64,000 bases of DNA from Bacteroidota bacterium (GTDB lineage: Bacteria; Bacteroidota; Bacteroidia; Chitinophagales; Chitinophagaceae): contig JAKQEA010000038.1 in assembly GCA_029558715.1 (NCBI GenBank), positions 8,555 through 72,554 of the forward strand. The letters are read 5' to 3'. Both the position numbers and the translations under genes were made by a program. Positions within the stretch are counted from its first letter, which is position 1, and each line of letters begins with the position of its first letter. The notes under the pieces are model-generated. The model saw nothing but the letters and a program-made list of their open reading frames with translations. It was not told where the DNA came from and made no database searches. Positions 18,656 to 29,197 of this stretch are shown here, one piece after another.

Positions 18656-20197
18656 TCAATGATCCGTACCGCTTTTCACTTTTCTTTCTACATATTGCCG
18701 GTAAGGTATCCGTTGCACTTTACTGATCAGCCAGCCCGGGTAATTGAAAATAGTAAATGTCATTTGTTGTACCAGGTCATCCTTGTTTTGTTCAAATACC
18801 CGAAGGGCTTTCTGGTATTCGGCTATTTTACTTTTATTATCCTTTATATAAAATGCCCGGTGCAGGCACTGCACAAGAGCTGTTTCAAATGGGTGTTTTT
18901 TCTTTCGCTTGTAGAAGTATGTGTAAGTGGACTTGTATTGTGCATCAAACAACTTTGGATTATTAAGGTTGTAAGTGATTAGTAACAGCAGTATCTGGGC
19001 CAATGCAGAATGTTCTTCCCTGGTTCCTTCTTTAAAATAAGTAATAGCCCTTTTGGTAAAGTATAAAGCATCCTCAAATTGTTCCAGCACAAAGCAACCA
19101 ATACCCAGTGATAAGTTGGTGGTTCTGTTCAGATCTGAATTTAATAATGGTTCCCAAAGCTTATATTTTGATTTCATAAAGGAAACCAGTTTTTCCACCT
19201 TATCATACCGGGCAGTTTTGTTATAGATCTTATTAAGGGCAAGATACTTGATAGCTTCAAAGTTGGCTCTTTGTGCAGGTTCTGTTATCATGAGGTTGAC
19301 CTCATCGTTAAATATATCTGTCACGTAGTTGTATGAACCATTGAGTACCCCTGCATAGTTGATCATGTAAAGCAATTCGATGTAAAACTCTCCGTGAGTA
19401 GTAATAAACCGGGAATTCTTTTTCCAGTCTGCAAAGACCTGCTGTAATATCTCTACAGATTGTGAGGTTTCATTTAACAAATAAAGCAATGTGGCTTTAT
19501 TCATGCTGTAATAATGCCTGAACCAGAAAGAATGCCCATGGTTCGTAGTATTGGCTTTATTTACTCTCTCAAGTAAAAGTGAAATCTTTCCCCTTAGTTC
19601 TTTATCCAGATCAAAATGGGCCTTCTTTTTCAACAGGATTGTTTCTGCATAAATATCACGGAGTGTAATCAGGTCTGCATATTCATTATAGGTAATCAGG
19701 TTCTTTTTAAACAAGGAGTGTAGTTCATCATACTTTGTATTCACACTGCTGAAAAGGATCATCTTCTCAAATTCTGTTTTCAAAAGATTCAGCAAAGCAA
19801 ACGACTCGGTACTTCTTGCTTTTTCTACTGCTTTTTTCCAGATAGTATGAGCTTCATTAAACAATCCCTTTTTCCGGTAGATTCTTATCAGTTGTATCTG
19901 ATTATAGATATCATGACCGGAATTGTTTCGGTTATCATACTGTACGATCGCCTCAACTATCTGACGTTGCAGGTAATGTTTTTGAAAGGCAATATTTTTT
20001 TTGGTAATGGCCGGATGAAATTTTTCAATAATAGCTGCTTCGTCATATTTCTTTTGTTTTATAATGGCGTCAAACAACTGTAAGTATAAACGTTGTTGTG
20101 AGGATTGTGAAATAGCAAAATTTCTTTTAAAAAACAGCTTTTCGTTACTGCTAAGCGAATGAATCAGTTGCCAGATAAAATCAGAAGTCGTTTTCAT
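18656..20197 (-). CDS. All-helical (TPR-like) protein of unknown function
   Basis: 513-aa uninterrupted ORF with no signal peptide or TM segment. It ends 9 bp upstream of the DinB gene on the same strand. Confidence 0.6.
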   Translation of the reverse strand: MKTTSDFIWQLIHSLSSNEKLFFKRNFAISQSSQQRLYLQLFDAIIKQKKYDEAAIIEKFHPAITKKNIAFQKHYLQRQIVEAIVQYDNRNNSGHDIYNQIQLIRIYRKKGLFNEAHTIWKKAVEKARSTESFALLNLLKTEFEKMILFSSVNTKYDELHSLFKKNLITYNEYADLITLRDIYAETILLKKKAHFDLDKELRGKISLLLERVNKANTTNHGHSFWFRHYYSMNKATLLYLLNETSQSVEILQQVFADWKKNSRFITTHGEFYIELLYMINYAGVLNGSYNYVTDIFNDEVNLMITEPAQRANFEAIKYLALNKIYNKTARYDKVEKLVSFMKSKYKLWEPLLNSDLNRTTNLSLGIGCFVLEQFEDALYFTKRAITYFKEGTREEHSALAQILLLLITYNLNNPKLFDAQYKSTYTYFYKRKKKHPFETALVQCLHRAFYIKDNKSKIAEYQKALRVFEQNKDDLVQQMTFTIFNYPGWLISKVQRIPYRQYVERKVKSGTDH

Positions 20198-20482
20198 TGC
20201 TGAACTATGATCTGAAGATAGGGATGGATCAATAATACAGCAAATGAATCTTAATCATAAGTTGAAAAAATTAATTGAATATCAATATTTTGCGATTTTA
20301 TTCGATGGCGGATATATAATTATAAAGCAAATAAATGGAGAAATTAAAAATGACTTTATTAAATGACCGGGATAGTTTTACTAAATAATACTACAAATTT
20401 TTACAAGCCATAGTCTTCTATTAGTAAAGACAACCAAAACCAACCACGGGGACTAATCGTTTCAGTTGACCATTAACCATTA

Positions 20483-20520
20483 AAGCCTGTTATTCTGATA
20501 AAAATCAGAGTAGCAGGCTT
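20483..20520 (-). terminator. Hairpin downstream of carB
   Basis: AAGCCTG...CAGGCTT outer stem with TCTGAT/ATCAGA inner pairing, 17 nt after the carB stop. The U-tail is weak. Confidence 0.45.
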
Positions 20521-20537
20521 CTTTGTTGTTAAGCAAA

Positions 20538-23363
20538 TTACTTGCTCAGGTACATACTTCTGTCTTTGTAGAGTTGACGGAAGTAGGGGTCTCTTAAGTC
20601 TTTTATAAAACGTATCGCTTCACCGGTAGATTTCATTTCAGGCCCCAATTCTTTATTTACTCCGGGAAACTTATTGAAGCTGAAAACCGGCTCTTTGATA
20701 GCGAAACCGTCCAGTTTCTTCTCAAAAGTGAAATCTGTTAGCTTATACGTACCCATCATTACTTTGGTAGCTATATTCAGATAGGGTATCTGGTAGGCCT
20801 TAGCGATAAATGGAGTTGTTCTGGATGCCCGCGGATTAGCCTCTATCACATACACTTTTCCATCCTTAATAGCAAACTGTATATTAATAAGTCCCTGTAT
20901 TTTTAATGCCCGGGCAATTTTTTCCGCATACTCCTCCATGGTGTGTACAATCAGGGGAGTAAGGTTAAAGGCAGGTAATACTGCATTACTATCACCACTG
21001 TGAATGCCTGCAGGTTCAATATGTTCCATTACACCCATTACATGAAAATTCTCGCCGTCAAAGATGGCGTCTATCTCTGCTTCCTGACAACGATCCAGGA
21101 AGTGGTCAATCAGAATTTTATTGCCGGGAATGTGTTTCAGTAAACTCACCACTGCTTTTTCAACTTCTTCATCATTAATAACGATCCGCATCCTTTGTCC
21201 GCCCAATACATAAGAAGGGCGAACAAGTACCGGGTAACCTACTTTATTAGCTACTTCAACAGCATCATCGACCGACCATGCCGTACCATATTCCGGATAA
21301 GGAATTTCAAGCTCTTTCAGCATATCACTAAACCTGCCGCGGTCTTCAGCTATATCAAGACTATCGAAAGATGTTCCTACAATGCGGATTCCTTTTTGTG
21401 TTAGTTTTTCAGCAAGTTTTAATGCTGTTTGCCCACCGAGCTGAACAATGACACCATCTGGTTTTTCATGTTCGATTATTTCCCATAGATGTTCCCAGTA
21501 AACAGGCTCGAAATACAATTTATCAGCCATATCAAAATCGGTACTCACCGTTTCGGGATTGCAGTTTACCATGATGGCCTCATAACCACATTCTTTAATA
21601 GCAAGCAACCCATGCACACAACAATAATCAAATTCAATGCCCTGCCCGATACGATTTGGCCCGGAACCAAGCACAATTATTTTCTTTTTGTCTGAGACCT
21701 TACTTTCGCTATTATTACCTCCTTCAAAGCTGGAATAAAAATAGGGTGTCTTAGCTTCAAACTCTGCTGAACAGGTATCAACCATTTTGTACACCCTTGT
21801 TATGCCGGCAGCTTTTCTTTTATTATATATATCTTCCTCATCACCGTGTTCGGTAATGCGGCTTATCTGTTCATCGCTAAAACCATTTACTTTTGCTTCT
21901 CTCAACAGATCAAGTGGCAATGTATCTAAATCATACTTCGCCATTTCTTTTTCCAGATTACATATCTTTTGTATCTCATACAGAAACCAGCGGTCAATAC
22001 CATTAGTTGCTTTTGAAATCGTACCTACAGAAATACCCGCCATCAAAGCATCCTTGATACGGAAAATGCGATCCCATTTTGGAGTTTTGATATATTCAAG
22101 CAACTCTTCTGCCCGCATCATACTTTTGCCATAGTAGCCCAAACCAATAGCATTATTTTCTAAACTCTGACAGGCTTTTTGGATAGCTTCTGTAAAGCTT
22201 CTGCCGATCGCCATTACTTCACCCACACTTTTCATCTGAAGACCCAGTGTGTCATTAGCTCCTTTGAATTTATCAAAATTCCAGCGGGGTATTTTTACAA
22301 TAACATAGTCGAGTGCCGGTTCAAAATAGGCGGAAGTAGTTTTTGTTATTTGGTTTTCCAATTCATCCAGGTTATAACCAATTGCCAGTTTGGCTGCAAT
22401 CTTTGCAATAGGATAACCGGTTGCTTTACTTGCCAAAGCAGAAGAGCGGCTTACCCTGGGATTTATTTCAATAGCAATGATTTCTTCAGTAGCAGGATTC
22501 ATAGCAAACTGCACATTACAACCGCCTGCAAAATTGCCAAGATCTCTCATCATCCGGATAGCGGTATTCCGCATCAGCTGCATACCTGTATCACTTAGGG
22601 TCATGGCAGGGGCAACAGTGATAGAGTCACCGGTGTGCACACCCATCGGATCAAAATTCTCAACGGTACAAATAATACAAACATTGTTGGCAGAATCTCT
22701 TAATAATTCCAGCTCAAACTCCTTCCATCCCAATACTGCTCTTTCAACCAGCACTTCATGTATGGGCGATGCCTGCAAACCACGGTTCAGTGCTTCATCC
22801 AAATCGTCTTTATCATGCACAAAACCGCCCCCGGTACCTCCAAGTGTAAAAGAAGGGCGGATAACAAGTGGAAAACCTATTTCTTGTGCAAACTCCTTTC
22901 CTTCCAAAAAAGAGTTAGCTGTCTTGGCAGTTGCCACAGGTACTCCCAGTTCAATCATCCACTGCCGGAATTTTTCCCGGTCTTCTGCCTTGTCAATGGC
23001 CTTGATGTCTACACCAATCAGCCGGACATTATATTGTTTCCAAAGGCCCAGGTCTTCTGCTTCTTTGGCAAGATTCAGGGCGGTTTGCCCTCCCATGGTA
23101 GGTAGTACGGCGTCTATTTCATTTTCCTGGAGTATTTGCTCAATACTTTCTGCTGTCAATGGCAAAAGGTAAACCCGGTCTGCCATCATAGGGTCTGTCA
23201 TAATAGTGGCCGGGTTACTATTAATAAGTATGACTTTTATACCTTCTTCCCGCAAACTTCTGGCAGCCTGTGTGCCGGAATAGTCAAATTCACAGGCTTG
23301 TCCGATAATGATAGGGCCGGAGCCGATAATGAGAACTGATTTGATCGAATTGTCTTTTGGCAT
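20538..23363 (-). CDS. carB: Carbamoyl-phosphate synthase large subunit
   Basis: 941 aa with duplicated ATP-grasp halves (MPKDNSIKSVLIIGSGPIIIGQACEFDYSGTQA...; second half KIIVLGSGPNRIGQGIEFDYCCVH). Confidence 0.95.
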   Translation of the reverse strand: MPKDNSIKSVLIIGSGPIIIGQACEFDYSGTQAARSLREEGIKVILINSNPATIMTDPMMADRVYLLPLTAESIEQILQENEIDAVLPTMGGQTALNLAKEAEDLGLWKQYNVRLIGVDIKAIDKAEDREKFRQWMIELGVPVATAKTANSFLEGKEFAQEIGFPLVIRPSFTLGGTGGGFVHDKDDLDEALNRGLQASPIHEVLVERAVLGWKEFELELLRDSANNVCIICTVENFDPMGVHTGDSITVAPAMTLSDTGMQLMRNTAIRMMRDLGNFAGGCNVQFAMNPATEEIIAIEINPRVSRSSALASKATGYPIAKIAAKLAIGYNLDELENQITKTTSAYFEPALDYVIVKIPRWNFDKFKGANDTLGLQMKSVGEVMAIGRSFTEAIQKACQSLENNAIGLGYYGKSMMRAEELLEYIKTPKWDRIFRIKDALMAGISVGTISKATNGIDRWFLYEIQKICNLEKEMAKYDLDTLPLDLLREAKVNGFSDEQISRITEHGDEEDIYNKRKAAGITRVYKMVDTCSAEFEAKTPYFYSSFEGGNNSESKVSDKKKIIVLGSGPNRIGQGIEFDYCCVHGLLAIKECGYEAIMVNCNPETVSTDFDMADKLYFEPVYWEHLWEIIEHEKPDGVIVQLGGQTALKLAEKLTQKGIRIVGTSFDSLDIAEDRGRFSDMLKELEIPYPEYGTAWSVDDAVEVANKVGYPVLVRPSYVLGGQRMRIVINDEEVEKAVVSLLKHIPGNKILIDHFLDRCQEAEIDAIFDGENFHVMGVMEHIEPAGIHSGDSNAVLPAFNLTPLIVHTMEEYAEKIARALKIQGLINIQFAIKDGKVYVIEANPRASRTTPFIAKAYQIPYLNIATKVMMGTYKLTDFTFEKKLDGFAIKEPVFSFNKFPGVNKELGPEMKSTGEAIRFIKDLRDPYFRQLYKDRSMYLSK

Positions 23364-23488
23364 TTTTTGTTTTTAAGTGATGTAGCAGGCAGTAATCGTT
23401 ATGAAAAAACAAATTGCGCAAAAGTAGGGGAATCGAGGGGTTTTGAAGAGCTGAATAACAGAAAAATTTCCACGAATTCCCGGCCGGG

Positions 23489-24064
23489 CTAAAAGGAGGC
23501 GGGTTTAGGTATTTTCCTGTAAGAGAGGGAATACAGGTCATCATATATGTTTTTCCGTTGAGCCATCTCTATAATTAACTTTTTCAGGTCCTCGGAACGC
23601 TGAATTGTCTTTTGTGTGCTGAATGTTTCTGTGATTGTTTTCACCTGAAGTGTATCATTAGTCCTGTTAAAAGCCGATAGGTAGTAAACGGTATGTGTCA
23701 CCAACTCGGGTGATTTTTTGCCTTTTCGCTGTTCAGCAAAGGTAACCGATCCTCTTATGTTCATAAATTGTTGTCCATCTATCCAGGAAGTATATCCTGT
23801 GAAATAAGAAGTATCTGGTAAGATCATATCTCCTTTTACTGCTTTGCCATAGCGAATGATCGAATAAACGGAATCCGATTGTTTGGACACCTCCAGTGCT
23901 TCAATCCCAAAATAATCACTGCCATCTTTTACAATTCCGTACCAAAAGCCAACAAGGTTGCTGTCAACAGGCTCCACGGGTCTTTTTTCCAGTGGCACCA
24001 TTGATTCGTATGGGCAGGCATACAATAGCAATGAAAGAGGGAAAAGCCAGATTAGTTTTAGCAT
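23489..24064 (-). CDS. Lipoprotein of unknown function
   Basis: Lipobox LLLYAC after MLKLIWLFPLS. The start is placed at ATG 24064. Confidence 0.6.
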   Translation of the reverse strand: MLKLIWLFPLSLLLYACPYESMVPLEKRPVEPVDSNLVGFWYGIVKDGSDYFGIEALEVSKQSDSVYSIIRYGKAVKGDMILPDTSYFTGYTSWIDGQQFMNIRGSVTFAEQRKGKKSPELVTHTVYYLSAFNRTNDTLQVKTITETFSTQKTIQRSEDLKKLIIEMAQRKNIYDDLYSLSYRKIPKPASF

Positions 24065-24131
24065 AACATAGAAAGATAAAAGATACAAAGAATGACTTAT
24101 TTATTCTTCACATTCTGCTTCCTGCTTATTT

Positions 24132-25958
24132 TTGCTTATGCGCCTGAGAATTTATTTCCTTGTTACACTGTTGATTTTTTGCGGGTTGTATATGCAGGCA
24201 CAATTGCCACCTTATCCCAAAAATTATTTTCGTAACCCAATGGGGATACCCATTGAGTTATCTGCCAATTTTGGTGAACTACGTCCTAATCACTGGCACA
24301 TGGGACTTGATATACGAACGAAGCAGAGAGAAAACCTGCCAGTATATGCCGCCGCACAGGGTTATATTGCGAAAATCGGTATCAGGCCGCAAAGCTTTGG
24401 TCGTTTCATAATTATCAATCACCCAAACGGACTCTCCACTTTGTACGGCCACCTGAATGATTTTTATCCAGACCTGGAAAAATATGTTACTGGGCAACAG
24501 TATAAGCAAGAATCCTGGGCAATGGAGCTTGAGCTTACCAAAGAAAAATTCCCGGTTAGTAAAGGACAGTTCATTGCGTACAGTGGTAATACAGGAGGCT
24601 CCCAGGGACCACACCTGCATTTTGAGATATTTGATACTAAAACAACAAAGCGATTAAATCCTTTACTATTTGATTTTGGGGTGAAGGATAATATACCTCC
24701 TGCTTTGGTAAAACTTGCATTATACGACAGAAGCAGATCAGTGTATGATCAATCACCATTATTTTACCCGGTAAAGAATACAGACAGCGGGTATATCATT
24801 CCAAAAACACCAGTACTTAAGGTGGGAACCAACAGGGTTAGTTTTGCCTTGCAGGCTTATGACAGGGTATCGGGGTCTACTAACCCCAATGGAGTTTACG
24901 CTGCCAAACTATATGTAGATGACCAGCCGCAGGTGGCATTTATCTTAGATAGTATTGATTATGACGAAACAGTATACATGAATGCCCATGTTGATTATAT
25001 GCATAAACACAATGGGGGTGCATGGTTACAGCATTTGTCTGTCATGCCGGGCGAAAGAGGAGCAGCATATAAAAAATTAAATGGGGATGGAGTAATAATT
25101 CTGCCGGATACTTCATTGTATGCTATACGAATTGATGTAAAAGATGCGGCCGGTAATACTTCTCAGTTAAATTTTCAGGTACAGTACAGTGATAGTATTA
25201 CAAGGCCAATCCTCAGGCAGGAAGGAGCTATTTATTTTGCCCCTGCCGAAAAAACTATACTGACAAAACCTGACTTTGAAGTGCATATGGCGACCGGAAG
25301 CCTGTATGATACTGTTAAAGCTTATTATTTCCGCAATAACTCATCTGAGACTCCGAATACTATCTCAGCACTACACCAGCTTAATGACGCTTCTATACCT
25401 GTACATGAGAGTTTTACCGTTCGGATAAGACCATACTATCCCATTCCGGATAAGCTAAAAGAAAAAGTATTGTTGCAACGTACTTACAGGAATAATAAAT
25501 CTGTTCGTAAGGCAAACTGGCAAGGCGATTGGTTAACAGCCGACTTTGATGACTTTGGCTCTTTCCAGGCATTTATCGATACAGTACCTCCACGAATAAG
25601 TGACCTGAATAATGAGGATACCATTAATCTAAGTGCTTCGACCCGCATCGTTTTTACACCAACGGACAATTTTGGGGTGGTAAAAAATTTCAGGGCAGAG
25701 TTAAATGGAAGATGGATACGATTTACCAACGATAAAACAAGGAACTGGATTTATGAATTTGACGAACGTTGTCCATATGGTGTGCATCAGTTGAAAGTAA
25801 CCGCAGAAGATTTGGTTGGAAATATAACTACCAAATTATGGTTATTTAAAAGAAATCCATACACTCCGCCGCCTAAAAAGAAAACAATAAAAAAAGCCAG
25901 CAGTACAAAGAAGAAAAATACTTCTGCCAAAAAAGCTCCTGTAAAAAAGAAATCATAA
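24132..25958 (+). CDS. M23 family metallopeptidase with a Lys-rich C-terminal tail
   Basis: HxxxD (HWHMGLD) and GPHLHFEI motifs. The tail is PPPKKKTIKKASSTKKKNTSAKKAPVKKKS. Confidence 0.8.
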   Translation: MLMRLRIYFLVTLLIFCGLYMQAQLPPYPKNYFRNPMGIPIELSANFGELRPNHWHMGLDIRTKQRENLPVYAAAQGYIAKIGIRPQSFGRFIIINHPNGLSTLYGHLNDFYPDLEKYVTGQQYKQESWAMELELTKEKFPVSKGQFIAYSGNTGGSQGPHLHFEIFDTKTTKRLNPLLFDFGVKDNIPPALVKLALYDRSRSVYDQSPLFYPVKNTDSGYIIPKTPVLKVGTNRVSFALQAYDRVSGSTNPNGVYAAKLYVDDQPQVAFILDSIDYDETVYMNAHVDYMHKHNGGAWLQHLSVMPGERGAAYKKLNGDGVIILPDTSLYAIRIDVKDAAGNTSQLNFQVQYSDSITRPILRQEGAIYFAPAEKTILTKPDFEVHMATGSLYDTVKAYYFRNNSSETPNTISALHQLNDASIPVHESFTVRIRPYYPIPDKLKEKVLLQRTYRNNKSVRKANWQGDWLTADFDDFGSFQAFIDTVPPRISDLNNEDTINLSASTRIVFTPTDNFGVVKNFRAELNGRWIRFTNDKTRNWIYEFDERCPYGVHQLKVTAEDLVGNITTKLWLFKRNPYTPPPKKKTIKKASSTKKKNTSAKKAPVKKKS

Positions 25959-25961
25959 ATC

Positions 25962-26423
25962 ATGATAACGCTGAAAGAAGGCGATAAAGCCCCTGCATTT
26001 ACCGGGCTGGATCAGAACGGAAATAAAATTTCACTCAAAGATTTTAAAGGCAAAAAACTGGTCTTGTATTTTTATCCCGAGGACGATACACCTACCTGCA
26101 CTATACAAGCCTGTAATCTGCGGGACAATTATGGTCTTTTAAAGAAAAATGGATTTGAAGTGATAGGTGTTAGTCCTGATGGTGAAAAAAAGCATAAAAA
26201 ATTTGAAGCAAAATTCAATCTCCCTTTTACATTGATTGCGGATACCTCGCATAGAATATTGGGGAAATTCGGAGTATGGGATCAGAAGCAAATGTTCGGT
26301 CATAAATACATGGGAGTGCTCCGAACCACTTTTGTAATTGACGAAAAAGGGTTTATCAGGAAAATATTCCTCCGGCCAAAGAATAAAGCCCATGCAGAAG
26401 AAATAGTAGCCTCACTGAAGTAG
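25962..26423 (+). CDS. bcp: Thioredoxin-dependent thiol peroxidase (Bcp/PrxQ)
   Basis: FYPEDDTPTCTIQAC peroxidatic Cys motif; 153 aa. Confidence 0.9.
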   Translation: MITLKEGDKAPAFTGLDQNGNKISLKDFKGKKLVLYFYPEDDTPTCTIQACNLRDNYGLLKKNGFEVIGVSPDGEKKHKKFEAKFNLPFTLIADTSHRILGKFGVWDQKQMFGHKYMGVLRTTFVIDEKGFIRKIFLRPKNKAHAEEIVASLK

Positions 26424-26548
26424 TACTTATGCCCACCTGTGTAAATTCTTCTCTTGCAGGGCAGGATTGTTTCTTTTATTTTTTCTGCTCTTTATAAGCA
26501 ACCACTGACCGCTTATAAACGATTATTCCTGATTATTAAAACAATGGT

Positions 26549-27469
26549 ATGAAGCAATTATTTACACTGGTAACTATTTTTATTTCACTTCTAACAACAG
26601 CACAGGATAGCATTATCGGAAAAGAAGAAAGAAAACCGGTAAGGATTTTCAGTGCTACAAAAACAATCAATGCCCGGACCACCGAAGTGACTGGCAAAGG
26701 GAAAATGGATTTTAATGTTACACATAATTTTGGTGATATGGCAGGGGATAACGGAGGTATCAAACGTTTTTTTGGATTGGATAACGCTGCAGATATCCGT
26801 ATTGGGTTTCATATAGGACTGGGACATAAAACTGACTTTGTATTTGCCCGTGCCAAAGGCGCCGGTCTGGTACAAAATTTATGGGAATTCGGCATTAAAC
26901 ATCAGTTGCTGCAACAAAGGCAGGATGATCCAACACATCCTTTATCTGTAGCTGTATATGCCAATGCGGTTATATCATCGCAAACAAGAAATGCATTTGA
27001 TAACCAGGACAATAGTTTCGAAAACCTGGGAGACCGTACCAGCAATGTGATACAAATAATATTGGCAAAGAAGGTCGGTAAAGTTAGTGTGCAGCTAAAT
27101 CCCACTTATATGACCCGTGGGTATGCCATCTCATACGATCAGCAAAGTATGTTTGCTATGGGCGGCGCCATCCGGTTGCCGCTGGTATCAAACAAACTGA
27201 ATCTTGTAGTGGATTATTTTCATCCTTTCCGCAACCAGGACAGCAAGGATTCATTTGCTGTGAATGATAATATCAAATTCTATGACCCCCTGGGAGTTGG
27301 ATTTGAAATTCTTACCTCCGGGCACATCTTCCGCCTCAATTTCACAAATGCCACGGAGATATTAGAGAATCGGTTTATTCCCCGTACCATAACATCATGG
27401 GGTAAAGGCCAGTTTCGCTGGGGTTTTACCATTTCGAGGGCTTTTACATTATGGAGAGAAAAAAGATGA
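26549..27469 (+). CDS. DUF5777 family outer-membrane beta-barrel protein (tentative)
   Basis: Signal peptide, then the pattern ATKTINARTTEV...FNVTHNFGD...FFGLDNAADIRIGF recalled for DUF5777. Confidence 0.6.
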   Translation: MKQLFTLVTIFISLLTTAQDSIIGKEERKPVRIFSATKTINARTTEVTGKGKMDFNVTHNFGDMAGDNGGIKRFFGLDNAADIRIGFHIGLGHKTDFVFARAKGAGLVQNLWEFGIKHQLLQQRQDDPTHPLSVAVYANAVISSQTRNAFDNQDNSFENLGDRTSNVIQIILAKKVGKVSVQLNPTYMTRGYAISYDQQSMFAMGGAIRLPLVSNKLNLVVDYFHPFRNQDSKDSFAVNDNIKFYDPLGVGFEILTSGHIFRLNFTNATEILENRFIPRTITSWGKGQFRWGFTISRAFTLWREKR

Positions 27470-27555
27470 ACAGGAAGTTACAATAACAGTTAGAAGCTTT
27501 CAGTGATGAAAATTAATTATTGCAACCAAAGCCCTTTGCCTTTAGTCATAGAAGC

Positions 27556-27873
27556 ATGCAAGTAAGAATAAAAGAAAACTCATGGGTGGCTAAAATAGCT
27601 GCTGCTAAAATGGAGGCAGGTAAAGTGGCGATCGTATTTGGTTCTACTATTCATCTGCACAATACAAGCCGGCAGGAGTTTTTAAAAGACAAGGATTGGG
27701 TTTGTCATGAATTGAAACATGTGCAGCAATATCAGCAACATGGTTTTGTTGGGTTTATTGCAAAATATCTTTTTGAATGGATGAGGAAGGGATATTACAA
27801 TAACAGGTTTGAAGTGGAGGCCAGGAAAAGCGAGAAACAAACTTATTTGATAGAAAAGGCGAGTATTGTTTAA
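27556..27873 (+). CDS. Stand-alone DUF4157 domain protein (HExxH metallopeptidase-like)
   Basis: About 105 aa from ATG 27556. The HELKHVQQYQQ motif is typical of DUF4157. Confidence 0.6.
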   Translation: MQVRIKENSWVAKIAAAKMEAGKVAIVFGSTIHLHNTSRQEFLKDKDWVCHELKHVQQYQQHGFVGFIAKYLFEWMRKGYYNNRFEVEARKSEKQTYLIEKASIV

Positions 27874-28643
27874 AGTACCCATTCCACTTCCCCGAAATCA
27901 AACTCTTCTTCAATTGCATGCTGCACTACTAATCTTCCGGTAACAGTTACTGTTTTAATAACCGGTTCAAATAACCGGTTGTCTTTTTTGAGTTTTACTT
28001 TTTCGTTTCGCTTATACAAAGCGGAGGTGTAGGCTGCATAAATATCATCAAACCCTTCCTTGATCAATTGTTGAAAACAGGTATCCAGTTTACTGCAGAT
28101 CTCTTTCGCTAGTTCTATTGGATCAAATCTCTTACCTGTAATCTGCATCAAAGAAACTGGGTTGGGAAGAAAAGAAGGAAAAATCACCTGGTTGAGATTA
28201 ATTCCAATACCAATTATTGCCCAGTCCCAGCTGCCATTGCCTGATGCAGTGCTGCCAACAATGTTTTCGATCAGAATACCTCCTGCCTTTCTGTCCTGCC
28301 AATACAGGTCGTTGGGCCATTTTATTTTAGTATCGTCACCGGCATATTTCACAAAAAAATTATAAATAACCACTGCGGCACAAGCACTTAACTGAAATTG
28401 TTGCATAAGTCGTAGCGATGCTGGTTTTATCACTATACTAAGTGCAATATTGGCTCCTTTTTCAGAGGTCCAGGCCTTGCCCCTTTGCCCTTTTCCAGCT
28501 ACCTGCTCATGGGCAAAAACCGCCATTCCGTGTTGTGCCAAACCCGCATGAATTTGCTGGCGGGCATAGTTGTTGGTACTGTCAACTGATTGCAGTTCAA
28601 TAAACGGCGAACCAATAGGGTTTGCGAAAAGTGGTTGTGGCAA
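27870..28643 (-). CDS. birA: Biotin--[acetyl-CoA-carboxylase] ligase
   Basis: GKGQRGKAW biotin-binding loop; 257 aa; no N-terminal HTH (group I). Confidence 0.85.
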   Translation of the reverse strand: MPQPLFANPIGSPFIELQSVDSTNNYARQQIHAGLAQHGMAVFAHEQVAGKGQRGKAWTSEKGANIALSIVIKPASLRLMQQFQLSACAAVVIYNFFVKYAGDDTKIKWPNDLYWQDRKAGGILIENIVGSTASGNGSWDWAIIGIGINLNQVIFPSFLPNPVSLMQITGKRFDPIELAKEICSKLDTCFQQLIKEGFDDIYAAYTSALYKRNEKVKLKKDNRLFEPVIKTVTVTGRLVVQHAIEEEFDFGEVEWVL

Positions 28644-28699
28644 TTAATTGCTATTTTTGATGGGGTAAACATAAACTAAAAACCAAACACTCTCAATAT

Positions 28700-29125
28700 T
28701 TGGAACAATTGGCATTACTGACCAACCGAAATACGAAAGATTCGTCTGATAAACGAACAAGTGTAAAAAGGTTAACGAGGAATTCAAAAATCATCAAAAC
28801 CATTATAGCTGCAATACAGGAAAAAAAGGGGCAACATATTATTTCCCTTGACCTGAGGAAGATTAACGAAGCGGTGGCTGATTTTTTTATTATCTGCGAA
28901 GCAGGCAGTCAGCCGCAGATAAGGGCTATAGCAGAAAATGTGGAACACAAAGTGAAAGAAAAATGTGAAGAGAGCCCATACCATCATGAAGGTTTTCATA
29001 ACCTGCACTGGGTGCTGATAGATTATGTGAATGTAGTGGTGCATGTTTTGCTTCCTGAAAACAGGAAATTTTACAGGCTGGAAGAAATGTGGAGTGATGC
29101 AGCATCGCAGGAACACAATGATTAA
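28700..29125 (+). CDS. rsfS: Ribosome silencing factor
   Basis: IIAAIQEKKGQHIISLDL...ADFFIICEA...WVLIDYVNVVVHV pattern. The start is non-ATG (TTG). Confidence 0.8.
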   Translation: MEQLALLTNRNTKDSSDKRTSVKRLTRNSKIIKTIIAAIQEKKGQHIISLDLRKINEAVADFFIICEAGSQPQIRAIAENVEHKVKEKCEESPYHHEGFHNLHWVLIDYVNVVVHVLLPENRKFYRLEEMWSDAASQEHND

Positions 29126-29197
29126 TGTTAAATATCCTGCTGGTTACAACATTTTCCCATATTAATTATTAATTAGCAGGAGTACTCAGAAAAAACT

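Noticed and set aside
20198-20537. 340-bp AT-rich intergenic region with a 17-aa ORF and a tandem CCATTAA x2
   Set aside because: It is most simply the carB terminator plus the promoter of the 513-aa gene. No conserved RNA motif or convincing ORF was recognised.
22477-23172. 231-aa plus-strand ORF, together with other plus-strand ORFs at 21195-23339
   Set aside because: All lie antisense within carB, whose identity is unambiguous. The products are Ser/Cys/Pro-rich junk typical of antisense frames.
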